From the NCBI GenBank assembly GCA_039096225.1, contig JBBPEB010000009.1, forward strand, positions 310,001-374,000: a stretch of DNA of 64,000 nucleotides, read 5' to 3'. The stretch comes from Blastocystis sp. Blastoise. Taxonomy: Eukaryota; Protista; Bigyra: Opalinata. The notes beneath the pieces are model-generated. The model ran no database searches, was not told where the DNA came from, and saw only the letters and a program-made list of their open reading frames with translations. Made by a program: the position numbers and the translations under genes. Shown here piece after piece: positions 1 to 15,397 of the stretch (its first letter is position 1; every line of letters begins with the position of its first letter).

Positions 1-66
<66 letters not shown>

Positions 67-336
67 CATAATAATGTTTCTGAACTAATATCTACAAGCC
101 CAACTATAACGGCAGCTCCTGATATTCATGAGAATTCTACAATCAATACTCCTGTATCCCCAAATAACCATGGGGATCTTGAACAAAGAATAACATCATC
201 ATCTATAGCGTCTCAAGAGAACTCTATTATTATGGACTCAAATTCTTCTCTATGGAGTATTACTGTTAATAGTAATAGTAGCTATGCGAGTCATTTTATT
301 GCTTATATTTTAGGATTCAACAAAAAACAATCATAG
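1..336 (+). CDS. 3' end of a low-complexity (poly-Asn, Ser/Thr-rich) protein; 5' part lies outside the window
   Basis: Frame 1 is open from base 1 (N21KHNNVSELISTSPTITAAPD...GFNKKQS) to TAG at 334-336, followed by AT-rich UTR-like sequence. Confidence 0.55.
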
Positions 337-826
337 ATATTATATATATATATATATATATATATCATTTTTTAATATTATTTAATTATATTTTAATTAA
401 AACTTTTGTTTAATTTTGAAAAATACTAGTTTTAGTATACATATTATATTTTTCTATTTTTCTTTTCTTTTTTCCATCTTTTTTATTTAATTTTCTTATA
501 TGCTTTATTGGTGATTTGTTAAATATGTAATTCATATTTTATGTATGAATTTTATTTGTTTTTTGCTATTCTTATAGTGCTTTTAATTGTAATTTTCCAT
601 TCATTCATTAATATTGTTGCAATTAATAGTCATAACCAAGTCATTACTATGTGACACAAACTGTAAAAAAATAAAAACAAATTTATTTCTATTAAGACAT
701 GAAAAAATGAAAAAAACAATTGTCAAAAATAATTTTCTGTTTTTTACCATTAGTTTGAATATATATATATTATTTCTTGGTGAAGAAACTTTCTAGACAT
801 AATATACATTGATTATATGAAACAAA

Positions 827-2254
827 ATGTCGTATTCGAAGAATGAAGATGACATGGTTTGCACTGTATGCCACAATAAGCAATTTGATGAAACAGATGA
901 TGGTGATCTTGTTTGTAGAATATGTGGATCTAAATACCATGTATATATAATAAGATAATTATAGATTTGCTTTAATGATTCTTTAGGAATCGAAGACTCA
1001 GCAAGTAGAAGAAAATTACGATGCATTTGTAAGAAATAGATTTGGTATTTCTGTGAAACGAAGAGTATAGTTTTTATTTTTTTGTCATTTTAGTCTAATG
1101 TATATAGCAAATTATGTATGGTCATATTGAAAGAAAGAAGAAGGAGAAGGTCAAAGTTAAATTGAATCTATCGAAGATATTAGGTGCTGTTCAAACAGTA
1201 TTACAGACACAAGTATATAGAATATTGTTTTGCGTCTATTTAATGATTATAAATATTCAATATTATGGCTGAAATATAATGACTTTGAATATTTAATAAA
1301 TAGTTTATTTCATATATAACTAAGTATGTGCATATATAAAGTGTAAAGAGATCGAGACTGCATGGGAAATAGATAGTCAATATACAGGTATAGTAAGAGA
1401 TCTATGGAAACATTATCTTTATTATATACAACCTACATTTGATTGTTTTACACATATTTATCCTTATCATAAAGCAAAGAATGATAAGTATTTTTATTAT
1501 ATTTATTATATTTATTATATTTATTATATTTATTATATTTATTATGTTTATTATTGATATTATATTTATTATGTTTATTATATTTATTATATTTTATTAT
1601 ATTTATTATATTTATTATATTTATTATATTTATTATATTATTATTATTTATTATATTTATTATATTTATTATATTATTATATTTATTATATTATTATATC
1701 ATTATTATATTTATTACATTTATTATATTTATTATATTATTATTATTTATATTATTTATTTTATTATTATTATAGTGATGAAGATACTCCAGCAGGAGAC
1801 GATGAATTGATTGGTGTTCCCGCCAAAAATAATGGTGGGAAAGAAAATAAAATGGAAGATGATTCTAATGCTGTAGTTAATGATAATAATGAAGATACAA
1901 ATGAAGTTATAACAGAAAAAGGAGATGAAAATGAAGGAAATGAAGATGAAAATGACAATTCCCTTGGTTATTCAAAGAAAACGAATCGAAAAAGCAGTGC
2001 TGCTTATGCTCTTGAAGAAGATCTATATAAGAATCCATTCACATCTTCATCCTCTTTTAATCCTTCACCAGTGAACACAGAAACACAATTATCACAAGGT
2101 ATTTATTTATGAATATTTCTGCGTTTTCAATGTATATTATATATTATATATTATATATTCATTGTTTATATAGCTGACTTGGATATTCCTTTGTCTCTTC
2201 GTTCTTTCTTTTCGCAGCCTTCAGATCTCCCTTCTTCCTTTCTAATTCATACTG

Positions 2255-2317
<63 letters not shown>

Positions 2318-2323
2318 TCTCAG

Positions 2324-2375
<52 letters not shown>

Positions 2376-3943
2376 GAATAACAATACCATGACTTCATCT
2401 CTTTCTTCTGCATTCTCATTATCTCTATCACAACCTGCTCCAGCAGATAATCACGGGAATCAAGAGGAAGGTATAGAAATACAGTATGGAACAACCCAAG
2501 TGGCTCATTATAGCAGTAGTGGACATCAACTGAAGATTAATACTCTTATTACTCTATTATATATAGCTCTACGAATCATGAAATCACAATATACAACCAG
2601 AGACTTAGAATTGTATATATATAAGAATTATTATTATTATACTCATTATTATTACTATATATATAGAATGATTCGAGATGGTCAACTGACCTTCTTCGAT
2701 TGTCTGCAGCCATTGTCAAATGATCTTCAAATGGAATTGGAACCTATTAAGGCATTCTTTCTCCCGCGGTTTATTCCACATCCCGTATTCTATGTATATA
2801 TATATATATTTATATGTATATAGACATCAATAGAGAAAGATGCAAATTTATTGTGTTCATTAATTCACGTGACACTCCCTCCTCTCTCTGTACATATGGT
2901 TCTTCAGCACATGGTCATCGCGGCACATCTTCCCGCCATTGTATTCTCAAATTTAATGATTCTTTTAAACAGTTGGAAAACACCGCTTGCTCCCTCTGTA
3001 TGGGTTACTGATTTTCTTCGACAGGGAGAGATTACGGAGGAGATTTTGCCCGCGTTTTTAGTAATCGCGGTAAAGCTAATGGACCATTGGAAACAATGGA
3101 TTCATATGCATAATCACGTGATACAAAATAAAGGTGCAATATTGATGCATCCATTGGTACGTTTTAAATCTTGTCCTGGAATACTATCTCACAGTCACAT
3201 GCCTTGGACACTCGAAGAGCTTCCATTCGTTGAACCATCTTCTTTTCATGATTATTTTGAGTATTCTATATATATAGTCACTCTATATATATATTATGTG
3301 TATATATATAGTTTTGTAAAGAATAAAGTATTATCAAATCGAATTACTTCTACATTATGGATAGACCAAGTATATATATATATATTATTTATAACATAAT
3401 AATATTGTATATTCTATAGAAATATCAAATTAATATCCTTGTGGAATCACTAAAGCAATCTATCCAATCAAAAGAGAAGTCTGGAAACACAAAAAAAGAT
3501 GCACCATCTTCTTTGAAGTTTTCCCTCTCTTCAGAGTCTGAAGAAGAAAATGATTCGTCAGTTGAAGAAATGCAAATAGAACATAATCATGAATTTCTAG
3601 CATGTGATTCTGATCATAACAATATTTTTCATTCAATTTCATCAACATATCAATTATTAAATGTATATATATATGTCATTATCATATAATAATTTTTTAT
3701 CCATAAAATAATTTCTTTTTATATATTTATTATATTACTTTTATTATTTTACTACTATATATATAGTCAATAGAACCCAATTTGATGGATCCAGATCAAT
3801 TGAGTTTAATTACTTATATATCTACATTATTTGGTATACACCCTTCTATGCTTACTCTATATGTTCGAGGACTTGAAAATACATTACGAAAATGGCTTTT
3901 GGACTTTTATGAATATAAAAATAATCTTCCTTTGTTTAAATAA
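827..3943 (+). CDS. TAF1B: RNA polymerase I initiation factor TAF1B/Rrn7-like (11 exons)
   Basis: N-terminal zinc ribbon CTVC-x14-CRICG, then Q-x-x-L-x-x-Q and IVRDLWKHYL, and TLITLLYIALRIMK...DL...IRDGQLTF typical of Rrn7/TAF1B cyclin folds. All 10 introns are GT-AG and keep frame. Contains a poly-Asn insert. Confidence 0.75.
1490..1770. repeat. Intronic 9-bp minisatellite (TTTATTATA)n, degenerate
   Basis: Tandem units visible inside TAF1B intron 4; source of spurious ORFs 1439..1810 and 1554..1775. Confidence 0.85.
2256..2372 (+). repeat. Coding (AAT)n poly-Asn tract with an ATCTCAG interruption
   Basis: Lies within an in-frame TAF1B exon (2175-2612). Confidence 0.8.
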
Positions 3944-4152
3944 AAGACTATACTTTATATAACTAATTATATATAATAATACTTTTGTTCTTTTTTATGT
4001 TTTTTATTGTGAATATAAATCTGGGTTAAATTTCTATATATATCTTGTGTTTTTTTATCATATCTATTTGTTTTTTATATAAAATAAAAAGAATTTAAAC
4101 AAAAAAAAGAATTTATTTTTCTTTTCTAATTTTATATGTTTTTTTTTCAATG

Positions 4153-5425
4153 TTAATTAGTGTTTGATGTGGGTGTACTGGCCATAGGAGCGAAATAAGA
4201 ATCATCAGCAACTCCATGAAGAACACCTAAGAATTTATCATCTACAGTACCATGTAAAACATCTGTTTGTAAAGAGAAGAATATTTGTGCTGTAACTATA
4301 CTATCACTTCCTGCTTGATGCTTCTTACCTCTTCTGTGTATCTATGTATAATATTATTATTATTATTATTATTATTATTATGAGTATGAATAATTATTAT
4401 TACAATTATAATTATGAGTATGATCAATTATTATTATCATTATGATTAAATCAAAATATATATAGAATAAAAATATTATATATATGTAGTAAGTTTTATA
4501 TATTAATAAAAATATATATATATACATGTAATAAATCAGCTAATTTCTCGAGACTTCCTTTGTAGCCATCGCATTCAGTAATAATATGTTTAATATCATA
4601 TAATTTAGGAAATAATATATTTAACAATTGAAAGAATTCTTCTTGTGTTTCAGGTAAATTATTATTTGTAAATAATTTCACTAAATATCCGAAATCGTAT
4701 CCACTATGAAATGAAATCCAAGAAAGTCGGCTATTTAATAATAAACCTGACATTGTCATCATTTCTGCGAAATATAAAGGATCTAATCCATATTGTGAGA
4801 AATAATCGAAATTAATACCCGCGTCTTTTAATAATTGTATAGATTGCTCTTTATGCTTATCCGTACTATATATATATATATGTTTATATAATAATATCAT
4901 TAATTTATCATGTATTTATATTATATAATAAAAAATATAATAATAATACATAACAATAAAATAAAAATAAACAAAATAAATATAATAATAAAACAAAATA
5001 AATATAATAATAAAACAAAATAAATATAATAATAAACAAAATAAATATAATAATAAACAAAATAAATATAATAATAAACAAAAAAATTACTTCACATTGA
5101 ATTTAAAGTTAAACTGCCAGGTAGGACAATCTGTGGCGATTAATCCATCTTTATCACAGAATGTGATTCCCAATTGAATAAGTTTTAATTGATTCACATT
5201 ATCCCTTAATGTTTTATATGAAAAAATATTATATCGATCTGTATTAATGGTAAGAACTCCTGGAAACTCTGTATCCATTGCAATATAAGGATACTTAGCA
5301 GCCATTTTGATAATGTGTAAAAATTCTTCTTCGAAATTATAGTCCCATACATCTTGAATCCGCTCTTCAGGTTGGTCCTCATCTAAACGAATCTGATTTA
5401 ATTGAATAGTAGTCTGATAATCCAT
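4153..5425 (-). CDS. CAF1: CCR4-NOT deadenylase CAF1/POP2/CNOT7 (3 coding exons plus a probable 5' UTR intron)
   Basis: MDTEFPG, LKLIQLGITF, WQFNFKF, FHSGYDFGYL and HQAGSDS motifs of the DEDDh nuclease; last exon 4153-4341. Confidence 0.95.
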
Positions 5426-6961
5426 GATCTAAATTGTTTTATCAAAATCATAGAAATGTTTATGCATAAAAATATATTATATACTGTGCCAATATAATTT
5501 GATGATGTATTAATATTTTATATTTAGACAGTCAAATAATTTGAAAAGTAAATGTGTCTTTTTTTCAAATTTCTTGGGAAATCCAAAAAATTACCATAAT
5601 AAAATGAATATTCCCCTAATTTAAATTTGGAAAAAAAAAATATTTGTTTGTTTTTAATTATGTTTAGTTGTTGTTTGTTTAGATCTATGTTTTTAATTTC
5701 TTAATCCTTAGAACATATGTTTTAATGTATTTATATAATTCTCAAAAAAAAAAAAAAAAGCAACACAATGTTTATGTTGTATAGTAAATGCCATTGACAA
5801 TAACAAATAACACTCAGACAGAATCTATTATTGAAGATAAGCAGACAACACAGAAGAGACAATCAAAAACAAAAACAAAAACAGAAGAAACATACTGGAA
5901 TGAATAAAATGATGATTATAGAGTATATAGTTATCAAAATACCAGACATGTGAAAAAAGAAAGAAAAGAAAAGAAAATATCTAAAATAAATAAATATAAA
6001 TGTATATATAAATATAAGGAAAAGACAAAGAATATATACAGGGATATAATGGCAGAATAAGAAAAGACTAATAAGATGATTTAAGGCTTAAAAGATATAG
6101 TGATTAACAAATATATAAATTAAAAGGAAATTTAAAAAATAAAAAAATAGATTGAAAATATCTATGATAAGGATGACAGAGGAATAGAAGAATAACATAT
6201 GATAAAAAATAAAAGGAGATTTTTTAATAGTAGTAAGTATTATAATAGTTAAATGAAAGAATACAAGTATATATAAATTAAAAATATATATATATTTTAA
6301 AATGAAAAGAATAGATGACATATATAAATATATTATTTAATAAAAAAGAAAGGATCTATATATAGAAAATGAAAAGAGATAAATATATACACATATACTA
6401 AATATATCCGATTATAGTTAATAATAGAAATAAAAATATAACTATAATTGAATAAGAAACGTATATTAAAAACACATAGAAAGACAAATAAATAGGAAAA
6501 AGCATGAATAAAGTTAAAAGAACAACTAATTAACATAAATGAAGAATGAATATATATTATGCAAGATATATAAAACAATAATAATAAAAAGATGACAAAA
6601 AAAGAAGAAGAATGAACAAACAACAACAATTTGAAAACAAATATACAAGAAATGTGAATGTCTATTAATAGAAAAAAAGCTTGAAAGAAATGAATGTAAA
6701 TAAATAGATTAGAATATTAATAAATATATATATACATGATATACTTACAAGCAATAATTCTATTATATAGCTAAAAAACAAATAAAAACAAATCAATATA
6801 TGTACATATATGTCAATATTGAAAAGATTGCATCTTTTTAAATTGATAATACTATACTCTATATTGATATATACATATGAAATGAAGGCAACATATACAA
6901 ATAAATAGATCTTACATATATATATATGACTATATAGAAGATGAGGAAACAAACAATGAAA

Positions 6962-6998
<37 letters not shown>

Positions 6999-7376
6999 AA
7001 AGAATGGAAATATATGATAAAGAGAATATATAATAAAAAAATAAAAGGTAACATAAATATAAAAAAAATATATTTCTAAAGAATATAGATATTTGTTATG
7101 AATAGAATGGTGTAAAAAAGAGATGAAATTCATGACAAAAAAAGTATTTGAACATAATATAATATATAAAAAGCAGAGCAGAATGAATCGAAATGCATTG
7201 ATAAATAAATAAATAAAAATAAAATAAAAAAATGGTTCAAATGTATATACGTTAGTATAAAAATAAAGAATAAACAAATAACAATTAAAAAACAATTATA
7301 AATAAATGTGATGGAAACATAAAATATGAAACGAGATTATAATAATTAAAGAGACTACATATACATATAATACTCT

Positions 7377-8519
7377 TTAAAGAGTAGAAGAAGGAGTAAA
7401 AAGAGAATCTAACCATTGTTGTATATATTCTACAGATTTTTGCATATATCCATATTTATCAACATCATAATCATTTTGATCTTTTGAATCTATAGATATA
7501 CACTTTAAGGATTTAGCATTGATAATTTCCTTTTTCTGCCTTTCAAAATGTTCTTGTAATATAGAATTCGATGAATTCTGAGAGATCATTAAGACATCTT
7601 GAGTAATATATTCACTTTTCCCTTTAATTGTCATTTTACTAACAATATTCATCAATTCCTTATGATCATCTGCATGAAAAGAACGAAATAAACTGGAAGA
7701 TATGACACTTATAATAACATTTGTTTTTATTAATTGTTTCATAAGCATATTCAGATGACATTGTAAAGGAAGCTTTGTAAAGAATATATATTTCTTTCTT
7801 TGTTCGGGACTAATATACCCAGCTAAAAATTCACTTTTGGAATATACAGGATTATAGAGAATCAATTGTTTCACACGTTTGTCTGTGGTACAACAACAAG
7901 TTGCAGCCATAGATCCACCTTGAACGCCAATAATACAACATTCATCAATATGTTTCGTAGTTAATAATGCGCTAACAGCATCTTCAGGACGTAAGTCTGC
8001 ATATAAACCTCTTTCAGGAGTACCACCTTGACCAGGTAAGTCCAAGAAATATAAAGAATAACCCTGTTTAACAAGTGGCTCGAATGACACTACATAACAT
8101 TCCGAAAAACTATCCATTTCACATAAAATAATTATCTTACATTTTTCTTCAGCAGCTTTAAAGTAGATACAATTCAGGAATGAGTGTTTATAAGGAACTG
8201 TAATCATTTCGTACTTGTAATGAAAACTATCAAATGCTCTGTAAAAATCTTCTAGAGCAGATTCATATAAAGAACTTTGCAGCGATAAATCTAGAGCACA
8301 AAAAGAAGAAGCCATAGTATAGTAATATGCAGCATGAAGATATTGCTCTTGTTTGGATGCATAATCAGCCATTTTGGTCCATACATCAACCCAATCTTGG
8401 AATGTTTTGATTGTTTTCAGTTGAGGAATAACCTCATAGCGATTCATAGCGACAGGCCCACAGCTTAAAAGAGGTTTGACCATGCTATTAACTATAGATT
8501 GAGACAGAGGCTTATCCAT
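7377..8519 (-). CDS. Intronless alpha/beta-hydrolase-fold protein, bacterial-like, probably catalytically dead
   Basis: DLPGQG, AAYYY-x-x-A-x-F and VPY motifs of bacterial FrsA/DHPON-hydrolase-like proteins. The nucleophile elbow reads GVQGG, not GxSxG. First plausible ATG is 8519 (MDKPLSQS). Confidence 0.75.
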   Translation of the reverse strand: MDKPLSQSIVNSMVKPLLSCGPVAMNRYEVIPQLKTIKTFQDWVDVWTKMADYASKQEQYLHAAYYYTMASSFCALDLSLQSSLYESALEDFYRAFDSFHYKYEMITVPYKHSFLNCIYFKAAEEKCKIIILCEMDSFSECYVVSFEPLVKQGYSLYFLDLPGQGGTPERGLYADLRPEDAVSALLTTKHIDECCIIGVQGGSMAATCCCTTDKRVKQLILYNPVYSKSEFLAGYISPEQRKKYIFFTKLPLQCHLNMLMKQLIKTNVIISVISSSLFRSFHADDHKELMNIVSKMTIKGKSEYITQDVLMISQNSSNSILQEHFERQKKEIINAKSLKCISIDSKDQNDYDVDKYGYMQKSVEYIQQWLDSLFTPSSTL

Positions 8520-9355
8520 TAAATCAGGACAAATTAAAATCATTAAAATATGGAAGACAATCACAAAAAAATAAATAGAATATATCTATAATATTCATGA
8601 GAATTCTAATTAAGCAGTTTATGTGGCAAAAGACAATAATTTACAACTGCAAATGGCCTTCTTATTTTTAACCATCAGTTTCCTATTCAGTAAGAACGTT
8701 ATGATTGGACGTTTTAAAATAAACAAATCATTTGGGAAGTTCTTTTTAATTAAGGTTGTTTTTAATACAACCCTTCATCCATTTATTTATTTATTTATTT
8801 AGATACTTTTCACTTCTTTAGATTGATTACAAATAAAGAATCAATTTATTATGAGGTCAAATGCGAATATTGTTTTCGAATGAAGAGGAACTTCACAATT
8901 AATTATCTATTTTTATAGAAAATATTGTTGATTTTTCATATTATGTGCTATGCATTGTATACATATTTAATAGTGAATGCCTCAAACCTAACTGTAATTC
9001 CATATATGCAACAATAATACCGAATTAATGAAAAATCTTTCTTTTTTAAGAAAGGATGTCGTGGCCATCAAATATCTTATATTGCTTCATCATATATAGA
9101 AATGTGTTTATTCTTAAAATGATTCTCTTAATAATTGTTGAATATAACTCTGTGATTTATAATACATAAATATTTTTTTATAGAAACAAAAAAATAGTGT
9201 AGATTATATTGTTGCACGGGTAAAAAAAGATGTATAAGCAATATATGAAATAAATATATTCAATAAAGACATGAAGACTTTAATGAATACATAAAAATAA
9301 AAAAAGATATATATAAAATTCTTCTTAATAAATAAGAATAGTATTATGTTTGTGT

Positions 9356-12300
9356 TTAAACGGCTTTCTTACATAGAAGAGGAGCGTTCTTTCCTCTTAA
9401 TCCTTTTCCGGTATTCAAACAAGGAGAACATTCATCTTCAGGAACAGCTACATTATTAAAACATAAGGAATTTTCTATAGATATTATATATATAATGATT
9501 TATTATGAACATATATGTAGATGTAGTTATCCTAGAAATAATTTGAAAAAATAAATAATTAAAAAAGAAATTGATATGTATGTATATTATATTATATATA
9601 TACCAGGCATGGGTCGAATATACACTACTCCCGCATCGCAAATGGCATAGTTTTCAGTACATACATTAGATACAACAACATTATTACTATCAACACAACG
9701 GAATCCAACGAATGTACATGCTAGAGAATAAGAAAGAATAAATAATAAATACAATAAATGGAATAATAAATAAAATAAAAAATAAATAATAAATAAAATA
9801 AATGGAATAATAAAGAAAGAATAAAGAATAAAATAAAGGACGATAAGATTGTGTATTCATTATTTTAATGAATATCATAGGGTATAATTATTAAGATCAA
9901 AAAGAATAATATTAACGAATATTAGGCAATATTAAAATAATAAGTAATAATCTTAACTACATACAGGATCCTTCAATACAGCAGTCTTCAGCACTGATTT
10001 GCATTCCATTATAACATTTAGAACCAGCTATAAAGAGATATAATAGTATAATTATAGTATAATCTGTAGTTATGAAAGAAACATTGAAAGTAATTTATAA
10101 TAAATGTTTATTCAATATAATTACTAAATATGATTATTAAACATATATATATATATATATATACGAGCAACAGGCATAGGAGAGGACCATGTTTCAGAAG
10201 CAAGGCATTCGACATAACGTGATGTGCACATGTCAGTCACGAGGGCACCGCTATCACTGATACAAGATATGGTATCTGTGACGCATCCTTCGCCATTGCA
10301 AGCACTAGCTAAGACTATTTCATTATTAAGACATTTAGTTCCTTCTATATATAAATAAATATATATATAATGGCTATGAATTATTTATGAATATATAATT
10401 CACAATTAATATATATTTAAACTACAAATTAATATATACCAGCTACAGGAGAAGGTTTGGTTTCCTTACAATCAGCACATTCAGTAAAGTAATCCGTACA
10501 AGTATCTTCCATATAAGTACCATCTTTCTTAACGCAATGGATACCTTCCCAAGAACATTCTATAAGAAATATATGTAATTATCATATAAATAGATGTAAA
10601 GATATAATTACATATATTATATATATATATATATATATATACCACAATCACTACAAGCAGATTCTAAAACGATTTCCCCATTCAAACACTTTGAACCTTC
10701 TATATATTAATATTAATAATAAAAATAATAATAATCTATATAATCTATTCATAATAAAAAAAATACCAGGAACATTTTGAGGGTTTGATTGTATTCCATC
10801 GACACACTCTGCGTATTTATTAGTACATTCATCAATAACGATTTCTCCATTACCTTTAACGCATTGAATACCTTCATAATCACATTCAGGATTATTACAG
10901 TCACGAGGAAGAATAAAGTTACCATTAAGACACTTGGTACCAGCTATATATGTTAGAAATAGATAAACGAGAATATAACGATATATAGAGATTTAGAAAA
11001 ATATGAAGATATGTGAAGATATAGAAAGAATAAATATAAAAATATGTTTATATAAATAGATAAGAATATGTATATATATGTATATGTATATATATATACG
11101 AGCAACAGGAAGAGGATCGGTTTCAACACCATTATTACATTCGACATATCTGTTAGTACATTTATCTACTATTACTTCTCCCTTGTTATTCACACATTTA
11201 TAACCTTCATAATCACATTCAGGAGTAGTACATTCAGATTCTAAAATAATTTCACCATTCTTACATTTAGAACCAGCTATATATTATATATATATTGTGA
11301 AATAATACAAACATAGAATCTATTATAAATAGATAAAAACTATAATCATTATAAATCAAAAAATGTTTTAAAAGAATACATCAATAAATATATATGTATA
11401 ATATATAATAATAATAAGTATAATAATAAATATAATACTAATTATAATAGTATATACCAGCAACAGGAAGAGGATCGGTTTCAACACCATTATCGCATTC
11501 GACGTATCTACTAGTACATTCATCAGTAACAACTGTACCTTCATCATTGACACACTTAATACCTTCATAATTACAATCAGGGCAACCACATTGAGATTCT
11601 AATATAATTTCATCATTCTTACACTTAGAACCAGCTATATAGAAATAGGTGAATAGATAATCATACATATATATCAATAAACATTATAAATATTATAAAT
11701 ATCAATAAATATTATAAATATTATAAATATCAATAAATATCAATAAATATCAATAAATATCAATAAATATCAATAAATATCAATAAATATCAATAAATAT
11801 CAATAAATATCAATAAATATCAATAAATATCAATAAATATTAATAAATATCAATAAATATTAATAAATATCAATAAATATCAATAAATATTATAAATATT
11901 ATAAATATTATAAATATTATAAATATTATAAATATTATAAATATCAATAAATATTATAAATACTATAAATACTATAAATACTATAAATATTATAAATATT
12001 ATAAATATTATGAATACTATAAATATTATAAATATCAATAAATATTATAAATATTATAATTATCAATAACATTATAAATATCAATAAACAGTATATATAT
12101 ATAAACCATACTCTCCACAAGAATTGGATCAGTTTCTATTCCTTCAACGCATTGAACATAATTATCAACACATACTTCTTCAATATAGACTCCATTCTCA
12201 TCAACACACTTAATACCTTCATATTCACATTCAACAGTAGTACATTCAGATTCTAAGATAATTTCACCATTCTTACATTTAGAGCCATCTAAAATTTCAA

Positions 12301-13909
12301 ATAAAATAGTGTATAATGAATATAAAAGTAAACAGTTCATGAAAATAATAAAATATACCAGCAACAGGAAGAGGATCAGTTTCTTTGCCGTTGACACATT
12401 CAATATATTTACTAGTACATTCATCAGTTATCACAGTTCCTTCATCATTAACACATTTAATTCCTTCATAATCACAATCAGGACAACCACATTGAGATTC
12501 TAAAACAAATTCACTATTTAGACATTTAGAACCAGCTATAGAAAATGATTTATATTAGTTATGATTATTCAAATAACAAAAAAAAATATTTTATTAATTT
12601 TAAACATACGAGCAACAGGAAGAGGATCAGATTCTTTTCCATCAACACATTCAACATATTTATCAGTACATACATCAGTAACGACTATGCCCTCTTCATT
12701 GACACATTTGAAACCTTCATAAGTACATTCAGGACAACCACATTGAGATTCTAAGACAATTTCATTATTTAAACATTTAGAACCAGCTATATATATATAA
12801 TATTATATATTGTAATATTTCGATTAATACTATTTATATTATATATACGAGCAACAGGAAGAGGATCAGATTCTTTTCCATCAACACATTCAACATATTT
12901 ACTAGTACATACATCGGCAACAATCACACCTTCATCATTAACACATTTAATGCCTTCATAAGTACATTCAGGACAACCACATTCAGATTCTAAGACAATT
13001 TCGTTATTTAAACATTTAGAACCAGCTAAAAATAAAAATTATTTATTTGAAATAGTATATATAGTATGTTTAAATAATCTGATTACAAAATAAAAATGAA
13101 AACTTACGAGCAACAGGAAGGGGATCAGATTCTTTTCCATCAACGCATTCAACATATTTACTTGTACAAACATCAGTTACTATAATTCCTTCATCATTAA
13201 CACATTTGATGCCTTCATAAGTACATTCAGGACAACCGCATTCAGATTCAAGAACAAATTCACCATCTTTACATTTAGAGCCAGCTATAGACAGAATAGT
13301 AATTCAATTTATATGAATAAGAAACAGATATATAATAAAAGATATATTGGATTTATTTATATGATATATATATATACGAGGAACGGAGAGAGGATCTGTT
13401 TGGAATCCATCGACGCACTCGATGTATTTATTGGTACATTCCCCAGTGACGATTACATCGTCATCATTTACACATTTTATACCCTTGAAACAGCAATCTA
13501 TATATATATATATATAATAAATGGTAATTATAATATATATGTATATTATATATATACTGGTACATTCTTCTTCGCGAATAATAGTACCTGCTCTGCATTG
13601 AGTACCCTCTGTATATATAATAAATATAATATATATAATATATATGTATAATATATAATGTATACCAGCAACAAGAATAGGATCTGATTCAACGCCTTCA
13701 ACGCATGTCTTATATTTACTGGTACATTCAACAAGTTCATAAGTACCATCATCATGGACACATATAATACCGGTATAACTACATTCTATATATATAGAGA
13801 ATATATAGAGAATATATAGAGACTATTATATATATATAGGTATATACCAGGGCAACCACAGTCTTCAGCATTAATAATCATATTATTATAACATTTAGTT
13901 CCTTCTATA

Positions 13910-13974
<65 letters not shown>

Positions 13975-15355
13975 AGCAACCGGCATGAGTTCAGACTCAA
14001 TACCTCCAACTTCACATGTTCTAAAGTAATCCGTACAAGTATTCGTAACGTATACACCATCGTCATTCGCACAATGAATACCTTCATAAGAACAACCTAT
14101 ACATATAAGTATATTATAGTCACCCTATTATTATCATAATAATAATGTGCATATAATATATAATAATATATAATAATAAATATATATATATATACCATCT
14201 CCAGTACAATTATAAGAGTTAATTAATTCTCCATTTTTACATTGAGTACCCACTATAGATAATTATATATATAACAATATATATATGAGTATAATAAAAG
14301 TATATATAGCACTATATATATACAAGGAACATAAACAGGGGCAGTAGTCACACCATATTCACACTGTACGAAACGATCCGTACATTTATCCGTTACAATC
14401 ATATTATCACTATCGACGCACTTTATACCCTCCCAATCACAACCTATATATATTATATTATATATATATATATATATATTATATATTATATATATATATA
14501 CCAGCAGAAGAGCATGTTTCTGCGTTAATTAAAATTCCATTTTTACATTGAGTACCTTCTATATATATATATATAGAATAAGAATAAAAGATATATATAT
14601 ATACCAGCTACAGGAAGAGGGTCAGTTAACACACCGTTATCGCACATGACATATTTATCCGTACATTCGTCAGTAACGACAATACCATCGGTATTCACAC
14701 ATTTTATACCCGTAAAAGCACATTCTACAGAGATCATTGAATATATATATATATATTTAATAATATCAAATATATATATGATAATAGAATTAATATATAG
14801 TTGAGTATAATAAAGAATTATATATATATACCTGGACATTCACAATCAGCTACGTTGATTTGTTTACCATTATAACAACGAGTTCCTTCTATATTTTCAG
14901 TATAATATATTATATAATAATATTATATATAATAGTAAAAAAAGAATTAAATTACTAAAAGTTCCATATATATAAATATAAATAAAAAACAGGGTGGTAA
15001 ATAGATAATCAAATAGAATCAATTATTCTATAGATCCGATAACCGCGGTTATATACCTGCAATGGGCATAGCGATAGTGAGAATACCATCTGTACATTGA
15101 ACATAACGAGTAGTACAAGTAGTAGTAGTTATAACACCGTTATTATCAATACATTTTATTCCTTCGAAGTTACATTCTAGAAGAAGAAATAGAAACAAAG
15201 ATAATATATATATAATAATAATTAAATATTCGTTTAATAGTCTTAGATATAACTAGTATATAGTATATAATTATATATATATATAATTATATATATACCA
15301 ACACCACTACATTCTGTTTGAGGGACAAGTTCACCATTATAACATTTTGTACCAG

Positions 15356-15397
<42 letters not shown>

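Noticed and set aside
11675-12090. Regular repeat arrays as CRISPR or telomeric repeats
   Set aside because: No unique spacers or cas genes; the arrays are intronic AT-rich minisatellites in a eukaryotic gene.
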